From NCBI GenBank assembly GCA_963771175.1, contig CAVYSY010000033.1, positions 416,001 to 480,000 on the forward strand: 64,000 nucleotides of DNA, given 5' to 3'. The position numbers and the translations under genes were made by a program. The stretch comes from an uncultured delta proteobacterium. GTDB lineage: Bacteria; Myxococcota; Myxococcia; Myxococcales; Myxococcaceae. Below, piece by piece: positions 42,744-53,073 of the stretch. The notes beneath the pieces were generated by a model, which ran no database searches, was not told where the DNA came from, and was given only the letters and a program-made list of their open reading frames with translations. Position 1 is the first letter of the stretch. Every line of letters starts with the position of its first letter.

Positions 42744-44861
42744 GCCTGACTCCGTCCCGCGGCCGTCAGCCGGGCCACCGTGTCCAGGAAGCCGTGCTGC
42801 TGGAACTCACCCTTGACGATGTAGGCAGACACCCCCGCCTCGCGACCGCGCCGCTTGTCCTCGTCCGTGGCCAGCGAGGACACCATGAGGATGGGCAGGG
42901 ACTGCAGGGAGGGCGTGGCGCGCAGGCGCCGGGTGACATCCAACCCGGACATGCCCGGCATCTCCACGTCGACGATGAGCAGGGAGTGGCCGCCGCGCAG
43001 GGCCTTCTCGACGCCCTCCTCGCCGGAGGCGGCCAGCTCCACCTGGTAGCCGGCGGCCTCGAGGATGCTCTTCTCCAGCATGCGGGTGGTGACGGAGTCG
43101 TCCACCACGAGGATGAGGTGCTTGCGCGAGGGGCGTACCTGCGGAGGCCCTCCGGAAGAGCCCGCCTGCACCAGCCGCACCAGGCCCGCCGTGTCCAGCA
43201 GCAGCAGGGGAACGCCCTGCTCGTCGAAGCTGGCCCCGGCCACCAGCGGCATGTGCGGCACGGAGGCGGGCAGCGGCCGGCTCACCCGGCGCGAGATGCC
43301 CAGCAGCCGCTCCGCGCCCACTGCGGCACGGCCCGCCGAGCCCGCGTCGAGCACCAGCACGGACCAGGAACGCGGCCGCTGCGCACTGGCGGCGCCGCCC
43401 ATGGCGTCCGCCAGGGGAAGGAAGGGCAGCACCTCGCCGGAGTAGGAGAGAGAGGCCCGCGCCCCCGTCCAGGTGACGGCCTCGGCGGGCATGTGGACGG
43501 CACCACTGAGCGCCTCCAGCGGCAGCAGCAGTCGCTGCCCACCGGCCTCCACCGCCAGCATCTCCAGCGAGGCCAGGGTGAGGGGCACCTCCAGCGTGAT
43601 GCAGGTGCCCTGTCCCAGCCGGGAGGTGATGTACACATCTCCCTTGAGCCGGCGCACCGTGTCCCACACCACGTCCAGCCCCACGCCGCGGCCGGACACC
43701 TCGGTGATGGCACGGGCCGTGCTGAAACCGGGCCGGAAGAGAAGCTGCAGCAGCCCCTGCTCGTCCAGGGCGTCCACCTCGGGGGCAGTGGCCACGCCAC
43801 GCTCCACCGCCACCTGGCGCACCCGCCCCAGGTCCACCCCGCGCCCGTCGTCCTCGCACCGGAAGGAGACACGCCCGCCACGCCGCAGCACCTTCAGCGA
43901 GAAGCGGCCCGTGGGCGACTTGCCCACCGCCCTGCGCTCGTCGGGCGTCTCCAGCCCATGGTCCACCGCGTTGCGCACCACGTGCACCAGCGCCTGGCGC
44001 ACCGCCGCCAACACGTGCCCGTCAATCTGGATGTCCCCGCCCTCGGCGGACATCTCCACCTGACGGCCCAGCGATGGCGGCCGCGTCGCGCGCGGCCAGC
44101 TCCAGCGGCCCGAAGAGCGTCTGCGCCGGGACGAGCCGCAGGGTGTGGGCCCCGTCCCGCAGGCGCGCCAGCTCCGACTCCACCTGCCCCAGCCCGCCGC
44201 CGAACTGCCGCCCCGCCTTCACCAGCGAGGAGCGCAGCCCCTCGGTCACGGACAGCACGCGCGACAGCCACCGGGCGCGCTCCACGGGAGAGCCACTGGA
44301 GGCGACCGGCGCGGTGAGCTGCTCGATGAGGCTGCTGGCGCCGTGCTGCGCCTGCGCCAGCGACTCCACCGCGCCCCGCAACCCGCCAAGCTGCACCACC
44401 GCCTCGGACAGGCCCTCCAGCAGCGTGTCCAGGCGCTCCAGCTCCACGCGCACCACCTCGGACGAGGGGCCCTCGGGGGCTGTCACCACCACCGGAGTCC
44501 CCGCCTCGGGTCGGTCCGCCTCGGGGGTGGGGGCCAGAGCCGGAGCATCCAGCGCGTCCAGCGCGTCCGCCATCTGCCCCACGAGGCGCAGAAACTCGTG
44601 CACGCTGTCGACGGGCACCGCCGCGCCGCTGTTGCGGTAGGGCGACAGCGCGTCCTCCACCGAGTGCGCCATCTCCGCCAGGCGTACCTGCCCCACCACG
44701 CGCGCGGCCCCCTTCAGGGTGTGCGCATAGCGGAAGAGCTCAGGCACCGCCTGTGCGCCGCCGTCGCCCTCGTCCAACGAGAGCAGTCCCTGGGTGAGCT
44801 GCTCGAGCAGCTCCCGGGCCTCGATGCGGAAATAGTAGAGGGGATCGCTTTCCAGGCTCAT
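42740..44861 (-). CDS. cheA: Hybrid CheA (Hpt, kinase, CheW, REC), frameshift near 44065
   Basis: AHTLKGAA Hpt; [26 protein letters not shown]-terminal receiver. Confidence 0.92.
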
Positions 44862-46334
44862 TCGGCGACACGCGAGTCGATGATGGCGTTGAGCTGCTTG
44901 GAGAGCTGGATGAGCTGATTGGCCGTCTGCAGCGTCTGCGAGGAGGTGGACTCGGCCTGACGGGCCGTCTGCGCCACCTCGAGGATGGCGGTGTTCACCT
45001 GCTCCACCGCTGTCGTCTGCTGCTGGGTACTCAGCTCGATCTCCCGCGCCACGTCCAGATTGGCACGCACCAGCTCCGCGATGCGCCGGAAACTGCCGGC
45101 CACGTCGACAAACTGTTGAGCACTGCTCTGCACCGCCTTGGAGCCGTCCTCGGTGGCCATGATGGTGGTATTGGAGGCGGCGCGAATTTCGTCGATGAGC
45201 ACGCGGATGTCCTTGGTGGAGCTGCCCACCCGGTCCGCCAGCTTGCGGATCTCCTCGGCCACCACGGCGAAGCGCTTGCCGTGCTCCCCCGCCCCGGCGC
45301 TCTCGATGGTGGCGTTGATGGCGAGGATGTTCGTCTGCTCGGCCAGATCGTTGATGATGTCGACGATGCCGCCAATCTCCTGCGAGCGCTTGCCCAGCGC
45401 CAGCATGTGGTTGACGATGGCCTCCACCTGACGGCGCACCGCGTCAATGGCCTCCTGGGCGTGCTGCACCGTCTCGTTGCCGGTGCGGGCCGCGCCGGCC
45501 GTCTCGTCCGCCACGCGCGCCACCTGCTGCGCGCTGCCGGCGATCTGCCGCGACGTGGACAGCAGTTCCTTGACGGTGGTGGAGATCTCCGTGGTGGCCG
45601 AGGCCTGCTCCCGCGCGCCCGTGGCCTGCTGCGAGGCCGAGGTCTGGAGCTCGGCCGACGAGCCCTGCACCTGCGAGATGGCCGTGGAGATCTTCTTCTG
45701 CAGGCCCGTGACGATGGCGACGGCGGCCAGCAGGACGAGGAAGAAGGCCATGACGCCACCGCCACCGAACACCCAGTCGAAGGCGCGCGCGCGCCGCTGC
45801 AAATGGGCATCGCGGCTCGCGAGCAGCTCCAGCTCCATCCGGCGCATCTCCTGCACCGCGCTCCGGATGCCGTCCATCAACTCCCGGCCCTCGCCGGTGC
45901 GGATGACGGCCTGGGCGGCCTCGAAGCCCCGGGTGCGGCGGAGCTCCACATTGTCGCGCAGGCTGGCCAGCGTCCGGGAGAGGAGGGGCCGCAGGAGCCT
46001 CCAGCCGCCGGACCTGCTCGGGGTTGTCGGAGACCAGCGTACCCAGCTGCGAGAGCTCCTGCTCGATGTCCGCCTGGGCCTGAGTGTAGGGCTCCAGGTA
46101 CACCTCGTCCCCGGTGAGGACATAGCCCCGCTGGCTCGACTCCGCGGCCCTGACGCTGGAGAGGAGTCGCTCCAGGCCGGTGATGACCTGATGGGAGTGC
46201 TCCACGGTGGCGGCGGCCCCCGTGAACTCATGGGTGCTCCTGAGGGCCAGGAAGACGAAGGAGGCGAGCAGCCCCGTCACCAGGATGAACCCGGCCACGA
46301 ATTGCTGGGTGAGCGACCATTTGGACATCGTCAT
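44858..46334 (-). CDS. Methyl-accepting chemotaxis protein with CHASE3 sensor, frameshift near 46000
   Basis: [24 protein letters not shown] (CHASE3); [34 protein letters not shown]. Confidence 0.92.
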
Positions 46335-46335
46335 G

Positions 46336-46872
46336 TCATCTCCCCTCCTGGGGAGCGGCGGCCTCCTCCAGCAGTTTCCTCACGAGAGCGTCGACGTCGA
46401 GCACCGGCAGCGGGGAGGCGCCCGGAAGCAGGACGCTAGCGCTCAACAGGGCATGGGTGGTGGAGGAACCACCCGGCCTGAGCTGCTCACTGGTGGCACG
46501 CAGCTGGCCCTCGAAGCCAGACGCGGCCAGCCCCACGCGCCGGGCGCCGCCCGCGAGCAGCAGCCAGCGGGCGGGCTCTCCCGTCTGCAGGCCCAGGAGC
46601 GCCGCCAGGTCGTGCACGGCGATGAGCTGGCCGCGCAGCCCCGCCACGCCCAGCAGCGAGGCCGGGCTGTTCGGCAGGCGCACCACACGGGGCATGAGGT
46701 GGAGGCCGGACAGGTGGCCCAGGCGCACGGCCAGGGGGGCACCGCCCACGCGCAGCCGCAGCAGCGCCTCGCCGGGCTCCTGCTGTGGCGGGGGCGGACG
46801 GGAGAAAGAGGAATCGAAGCTGTCGCGCAGCTCGTCCAACCGCAGCGCCATCCGGGTGCGAGGCAGACTCAT
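46336..46872 (-). CDS. cheW: CheW-like coupling protein
   Basis: LLGVAGLRGQLIAVHDL; position in operon. Confidence 0.85.
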   Translation of the reverse strand: MSLPRTRMALRLDELRDSFDSSFSRPPPPQQEPGEALLRLRVGGAPLAVRLGHLSGLHLMPRVVRLPNSPASLLGVAGLRGQLIAVHDLAALLGLQTGEPARWLLLAGGARRVGLAASGFEGQLRATSEQLRPGGSSTTHALLSASVLLPGASPLPVLDVDALVRKLLEEAAAPQEGR

Positions 46873-48281
46873 GAGACCTCCGTACAGGCCTGGAGCTCCT
46901 GCAGGCCCACCTGCATGAGCCCATGACGGCCAAAGCCCGCTCCGAAGAGGGACAGGTGCAGGGGCTGCTCCTGGGGCAACAGCGAGAGGGCCATGCGCAG
47001 GGCCACCCGGGCCGCGCCCACGTCACCGGCCCGGCGCGCCAGCGTCCCCGCGCGCAGGTGACCCAGGGCGAAGGTGGGATCCGAGCGCACGGCCGCATTG
47101 TACCGGTTGCGGGCGCCAACCTCGTCCCCGGCCTGCTCCAGACACAGCCCCAGCAGGTAATGAGCCGCGGCCTCGGAGGTGCCCGCCGTGGTGAGCTGCC
47201 GGCCCATCCGCTCGGCCTCGTCCAGACGCCCGGCGTGCAGGTGCAGCACCGCGCGCAGCAGCATGCCCCGGGGCTGCGAGGCCTGGGGCAGCGACTCCAG
47301 GAGCGTCCACGCCTCGGTGTAGCGCTCCCCCTCGAGAAGACGCAGCACCTCCTCCAACCCGTCCGGCGGCGCGGCCTGCTTCGGAGGGGCCACGGGAGGC
47401 AGGGCCGAGGAAGACGGAGGAGAAGAGCGCAGCACGGTGGACGGTGGAGACAGCACCACGGAGGCGGGCAGCGCCGGCTGCCGCAGGCGATAGTAGAAGG
47501 CGTCCCCGCTCCGCAGCAGCTCGAATTCGTCGGAGATGCCTCGCAGCGTCTCGCTGGGGCCCAGGAAGAGGTAGCCGCCGGGCACCAGGGACTGGGCCAT
47601 GCGGGCGATGATCGTCCGCATCACCTCCGGCGGGAAATAGAGGACCACGTTGCGGAAGAGGATGGCGTGGAAGGAGCCCGGAGCCCAGAAGGCGGGGGCC
47701 TCCTCCAGGAGGTTGCGCTCCTCGAAGATGACCTGGTCACGCACCTTGGGCTGGAGGGCGAAGCCCGCGGGGGAGCGCTGGAACCAGTGGTCGCGCAGGG
47801 AGAGCGGCACGGCGCGCAGGGACCAGGGGGAGTACACGGCGCGACGGGCCTGGGCGATGGCGCGCGGGTTGACGTCGATGCCGAGAATGCGGAGGCGGGA
47901 GGCATCCACCCGGACACTCTGCCGGGCCAGGAGGGCCACCGAGTAGGGCTCCTCTCCAGTGGAGCAGCCGGCGCACAGCACGCGCACCTGGGACGTCTGG
48001 CGCTGGAAGGAGGGCAGCACCTGCTCCACCAGCGTCTCCAGCTGGGTGGGGTGGCGCAGGAAGTACGTCTCTCCCACGGTGAGCCGCTCGGCCAGCGTCC
48101 TCCACTCCTCCTGCCAGGAGGAGCCCAGGCGCTCCAGGTAGCGCTCCACACCGTCGGCGGCCCGCTCCACGAGAAGGGACTCCAGCTCTCCCCACTGGGC
48201 CTGTTCGTAGTGCAGGCCCAGGCGTTGCTCCACGAGCGCGGCGAAGCGGGCGACTGGAGTGCGGGCAGGCGCGGCGATCAC
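46869..48281 (-). CDS. cheR: CheR methyltransferase with C-terminal TPR
   Basis: TVGETYFLR, AGCSTGEEPYS, FRNVVLYF, GYLFLGPSE; TPR tail. GTG start. Confidence 0.93.
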   Translation of the reverse strand: MIAAPARTPVARFAALVEQRLGLHYEQAQWGELESLLVERAADGVERYLERLGSSWQEEWRTLAERLTVGETYFLRHPTQLETLVEQVLPSFQRQTSQVRVLCAGCSTGEEPYSVALLARQSVRVDASRLRILGIDVNPRAIAQARRAVYSPWSLRAVPLSLRDHWFQRSPAGFALQPKVRDQVIFEERNLLEEAPAFWAPGSFHAILFRNVVLYFPPEVMRTIIARMAQSLVPGGYLFLGPSETLRGISDEFELLRSGDAFYYRLRQPALPASVVLSPPSTVLRSSPPSSSALPPVAPPKQAAPPDGLEEVLRLLEGERYTEAWTLLESLPQASQPRGMLLRAVLHLHAGRLDEAERMGRQLTTAGTSEAAAHYLLGLCLEQAGDEVGARNRYNAAVRSDPTFALGHLRAGTLARRAGDVGAARVALRMALSLLPQEQPLHLSLFGAGFGRHGLMQVGLQELQACTEVS

Positions 48282-48760
48282 GCGCCCCCCGCATTAGAGG
48301 AGGGATTCTCCAGGCGGCGCCAGAGGTCCTCGGGCAGCAGATGGGCCGAGCCCAGCACTGCCAGCAAGCCCCCATCGAGCGAGCCCACGTGCTGGAGGCG
48401 CCCACTGGCGAGGGAGCGCAGCAGCGGAGGCACGGACTCCAGCGTGTCCTCCTCCATCCAGCGCAGGCCGCGCACCTCATCCACCTCGAGCGCCAGGCGC
48501 CCCTCGGGCACGCGCAACGAGATGAAGCGCTGGCCAGGGCTGGCCTGGGTGGAGGGGGCTCCCCCCAGCAGCGCCGCCAGGCTCACCACGGGTGAGGGCG
48601 TGCCGCGCACCAGGCTCACCCCCCGCACGAAGACAGGAGCCGCCGACACCGGGGCGACCGGCAGCGGCCTCATCGTCTCCTCCACTTCTTCGAGCGGCAG
48701 CGCGCACATCCACTCCTGCGCCCTCACTACGAGGAAGCAGCGCGACCCCTGCCTGGGCAT
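48278..48760 (-). CDS. cheW: CheW-like coupling protein
   Basis: ETMRPLP..P.FVRGVSLVRG..PVVSL, LEVDEV. Confidence 0.85.
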   Translation of the reverse strand: MPRQGSRCFLVVRAQEWMCALPLEEVEETMRPLPVAPVSAAPVFVRGVSLVRGTPSPVVSLAALLGGAPSTQASPGQRFISLRVPEGRLALEVDEVRGLRWMEEDTLESVPPLLRSLASGRLQHVGSLDGGLLAVLGSAHLLPEDLWRRLENPSSNAGGA

Positions 48761-49327
48761 GACTCCCCCTTCGGGTTCGAACAGGACGCAAATCATGCAC
48801 CGTCAACGTAGGTCAAGGCGAGCCCCGTCTGCGGCCGCCGGTCGCCTGGACGGCGCCGGGAGCGGGCAGGCGCCGCACATACCCGAGCCCACCCACGTCC
48901 ACACGCGCGCCCGAATCGCCAAATCCTCGCAAATTTTCCGTCACGCGAAACACCCGCCCTCCGCCCCACTTTGAATTCAAGACGGAAAATTGGTGCCTGC
49001 GCACAAGGCGTTTCGCGAACAGTGAAGTCTGTGAATCTTCACGCGAAGAAACCGTGTCCCCCTCCTAGAATGCCTCGACATATCCGGCGCCCTCCTGGTA
49101 ATTGGGAATTACCGCGTAGGCGCGGGCAGACAAAGACTCACACCCGCCTGCCAGAAAACCAGCAAGTGTTTGAGATGTGCTCGTTTGATCTGGCGTAGGT
49201 CTTTATGCTGACCGCGGGCAGGAACAACACGCGGGGTCGCACCTTGCCGTAACAGCCAGTGATTGCCACCAGACCTGCCCACGAGCGCAGGCCGCCGAGT
49301 CGGACGACGGGAACGGAGCTGACGAGC

Positions 49328-50620
49328 ATGATTCGGATCGGGCGAAGGAAGTTCACAGCCGGGTTGGGGGCCTCTCTGCTGGCAACCCCCCTGCTCCAAT
49401 TCCTCAGTGGAGAGGCGCGGGCCGCGGCCCCCCTCGCCCGGCGACTCATCGTCTTCTTCAGCCCCAACGGGACGGTGCACCGCCTGTGGCGCCCCACCGG
49501 CACGGAGACGTCCTTCTCGTTCCCGGCCGGCGGCATGATGGAGCCGCTCAACCGCCACCTCGCCAACCTCCTCGTCTGCGAGGGCATCGACTTCCTCGAG
49601 GTGGACAACCACGAGGCGGGCATGGCCAACATGCTCACCGGTGGAGGCACGGCGCAGAGCACCTCCGGGGGCCTGTCCGTCGACCAGTTCCTCGCGAGCA
49701 AGATTGGCCAGAGCTCGCGCTTCCAATCGCTGGAGTTCGGCGTACAGACGAGTCTCTGGGGCGCCACGCGCTCCACGCGCATGTCGTACACGGCGCCGGG
49801 CGTCTTCGCCTCGCCCGAGGACAACCCGCGCAACGCCTTCCAGCGCCTCTTCGGCGCCCTCGGGGGCGATGCCACCGCCGCCGACAAGCAGCTTCGTCGG
49901 CGCAAGAGCATGCTGGACCTGGTGCGCGGGGAGCTGAATGACCTGTCCCAGCGGGTGGGCGCGGAGGAGAAGCGCAAGCTCGAGCAGCACCTCGAGGCGC
50001 TGCGCCAGACGGAGCGCGGGCTGACCGAGCCCGTGGCGCTCCCCGGGTGCACCTCCGCCACGGCGCCCGTCGCCATGGATGCCATGGCGAACGCGAACTT
50101 CCCCGCCGTGGGCCGAGCCCAGACGGACCTGATGGTGAGCGCGCTCGCCTGCGGCATGACGCGCGTGGCCTCCCTCCAGTGGTCGCACACCGTGGCGCCC
50201 CAGGTCTTCACCTGGACGGGCGTCAGCGAGGCCCACCACGAGCTGTCCCACAAGGACGACTCCAACACGGCGGGGCTCGCGGACTTCGTCAAGAGCGAGC
50301 GCTGGTTCGCCGAGCAGTTCGCCTACCTGCTGGACTCCCTCAAGTCCCGCCCCGACCTGGAGGGCGGCGGCTCGATGCTCGACACCACCCTGGTGCTCTG
50401 GGCCAAGGAGCTCGGCGACAGCCGCCTGCACAACTGCCGCTCCGTCCCCTTCATCCTCGCCGGCGGCTCGAGCAGCTACTTCCGCTTCGGGCGCTACCTC
50501 CGCTACAGCGGCGCCGCGCACCAGAAGCTCCTCACCTCGGTCTGCCACGCCCTGGGCGTCACCCTCGACACCTTCGGTGATGCGTCCAGGTCCAGCGGCC
50601 CTCTCGACGGGCTCGTCTGA
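49328..50620 (+). CDS. DUF1552 family protein with Tat signal
   Basis: GRRKF signal; RRLIVFFSPNG; SVDQ; RKSMLD; ALACGMTRVASL; HHELSH; LDTTLV. Confidence 0.85.
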   Translation: MIRIGRRKFTAGLGASLLATPLLQFLSGEARAAAPLARRLIVFFSPNGTVHRLWRPTGTETSFSFPAGGMMEPLNRHLANLLVCEGIDFLEVDNHEAGMANMLTGGGTAQSTSGGLSVDQFLASKIGQSSRFQSLEFGVQTSLWGATRSTRMSYTAPGVFASPEDNPRNAFQRLFGALGGDATAADKQLRRRKSMLDLVRGELNDLSQRVGAEEKRKLEQHLEALRQTERGLTEPVALPGCTSATAPVAMDAMANANFPAVGRAQTDLMVSALACGMTRVASLQWSHTVAPQVFTWTGVSEAHHELSHKDDSNTAGLADFVKSERWFAEQFAYLLDSLKSRPDLEGGGSMLDTTLVLWAKELGDSRLHNCRSVPFILAGGSSSYFRFGRYLRYSGAAHQKLLTSVCHALGVTLDTFGDASRSSGPLDGLV

Positions 50621-50667
50621 GCTCCTCCTCCACTTTCGTCCTCCCTCGCGATTCAGGAGGCAGAACC

Positions 50668-52984
50668 GTGCGCTCTTCCCGGCACCTCGTTGCCCTTGGC
50701 ACCCTTTTTCTTTCCGTGGCCATCCTCTCCGGCTGCACGTCCGAGAGCGGCTGCCCTGATGACCTGGAGTTCTTCCGCACCCGGATGTGGGAGCCGGTGA
50801 TGGCCGTGCAGTGCATGGCCTGCCACAAGTCAGATGGGCTCGCGGCCGGCACGCGACTGGTGCTGCTGCCCCCGGACGCACCGGGCGCACTGGAGCGCAA
50901 CTTCATGACGGTGCGGGCGCTCGCGCGCGAGAAGGTCGACGGCACGCCCCTGCTGCTGCTCAAGCCCTCGGGCCTGCACCCACAGGGTCACGGCGGCGGC
51001 ACGCTCGTGGCCCAGGACAGCACGCGCTACCGAGGACTTCCGAGCCTTCACGGACCGCATCAACGGCGCCCCCGGCGTCTGCGAGGCCTCCGCCCTGAAG
51101 GCCTGCGGCCCGGGCTCCCCCGACACCACCGCGAAGCGTCGGCTCCGCCTGCTCACCCGCTTCGAGTACGACAACACCCTGCGTGACCTCCTCTACGTGG
51201 ACTCCACGTGGGGCCAGTCCTTCCCCGCCGAGGAGGTGGCCAATGGCTTCGACAACGACGCGGACGCGCGCGCGGTGAGCCCGCTGCACGCCGACAAGCT
51301 CCTCACCGCCGCCGAGCAAGCTGCCGAGGCCGCCATGGTGAACCTGTCCCGGCACGTCTCCTGCCCGGCCGGGGGACGACTGCGCGAAGCAGTTCATCCA
51401 GAAGTTCGGCGAGCGCGCCTTCCGCCGCCCACTCACGGACGCGGAGCAGACCCGCTACCGGTCGCTCTACACCTCCGTGTCCCTGGAGGACGGGTACTCC
51501 GAGGGCCTCGAGGCCGTCATCGCCGCCATGCTCCAGTCCCCCCACTTCCTCTATCGCTCGGAGCTGGGACAGCACCTCGGCAATGGGCAGTACGCGTTGA
51601 CGGACTACGAGGTGGCCTCGGAGCTGTCCTACCTCTACTGGGGCTCGATGCCGGATGAGACGCTCTTCGCCAAGGCACGCGCGGGGGCCCTGCACACGCC
51701 GGAGCAGCTCTCCCTGGAGGCGCGGCGGATGCTGGCGTCCCCCCGGAGCCGCCCGATGCTCGACCACTTCGTGAGCCAATGGCTGGAGCTGGAGCGGATC
51801 GACCAGGCGCAGAAGGACATGACCGCCTTCGCGGACTTCACCCCCGCCATCCGCAAGGAGATGAAGGCCGAGACGATGGAGTTCTTCGACTACGTCGTCC
51901 GCACCAGCAGCGGCCAGTTCCCCGAACTCTTCTCCGCGAACTACACCTTCGTCTCGGACGGGCTGGCGTCGTTCTACGGCCTCTCGGGGACGGTGGGCCC
52001 CACGTCGACGACCAGCAATGGCCTGCGGCAGTGGAACCTGGGAGGCACGGGTCGCGGCGGCATCCTCACCCACGGGAGCATCCTGGCCAGCCAGGCCACG
52101 CCGCAGACGTCCTCGCCCGTGCGCCGAGGCAAGCTCGTCCGCGAGCGCCTGCTGTGCCAGCCGCTCCCCCCTCCGCCCCCGGGCCTCAACGTGCAGCTCC
52201 CCCCGGTGGACCCGCAGGCGTCCAACCGCGTGCGCTTCCAGGACCACTCGCGCGACCCGGCCTGCTCGTCCTGCCACAAGCTGATGGACCCCATCGGCTT
52301 CGGCTTCGAGCAGTTCGACGGCGTCGGCCGCTACCAGCCCACACACGGCGGGCAGCCCGTGAACGCCAGCGGAGAGGTGCTGTCCGCGCCCTCGCCCGCC
52401 ACCGAGGGCACCTTCACCGGAGTGGACGGGCTCCAGCGCAAGCTGGCCGACAGCCCGGACGTCCAAGCCTGTTTCTCGCTGCAGTGGCTGCGCTTCGCCT
52501 ACGGCATCTCCGGAGATGACGCCACCTGCGTGGCCCAGCAGGTGACCGACAGCTTCCAGAAGGAACACCTGAGCATCCCCGAGCTGCTCGTCTCGCTGAC
52601 CCAGCTCACGCGCTTCACCCAGCGCGTGGGAGATGCAACCGGCACGGTCGAACCGGGCCAGGGAGATGGTGGAACCGGGGCTCGCCGACATCACCCACCT
52701 CGCCGACGTCGCCGACCTCGCCGCCGGCCAGTGGCAACGCGCAGGTCACCGTGTCGACCCAGGATGACTGGCGCACCGGCTACTGCAACACCGTCAAGGT
52801 GACCAACAACGGCACGGCCCCGCTCACCTGGCGCGTCAGCATCTCCGTGGAGGGGACCATCAACAACGCCTGGAATGCCACGTACACCCTCTCGGGGAGT
52901 CAGGTCTCCTTCGTCGGTGACGACTGGAACGCCCAGCTCGCCCCCGGCGCCAGCACCAGCTTCGGCTACTGCGCGGGCCGCTAG
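50668..52984 (+). CDS. DUF1592/DUF1588/DUF1595-type lipoprotein with CxxCH motifs and C-terminal CBM2; frameshifts near 51032, 51373, 52680
   Basis: Lipobox LSGC; CMACH; LRLLTRFEYDNTLRDL; LQSPHFLYR; TSSPVRRG; CSSCH..DPIGFGFE; C-terminal DDWRTGYC..VTNNG...WNA...N..LAPGASTSFGYCA (CBM2). Confidence 0.82.
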
Positions 52985-53073
52985 CCTGGGCCCGCGAAGC
53001 AGAGGGGCAGGTACCGCCTCTCGTGGCTCTTGAACCTCGCGCCCCCTGCCGATAGGGAGGCGCGAGCCCCCCT

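Noticed and set aside
48800..49320. A/T-richer intergenic region as possible ncRNA or foreign DNA
   Set aside because: Consistent with a divergent promoter region between the che and DUF1552 operons; I recognised no RNA structure or promoter consensus with confidence.
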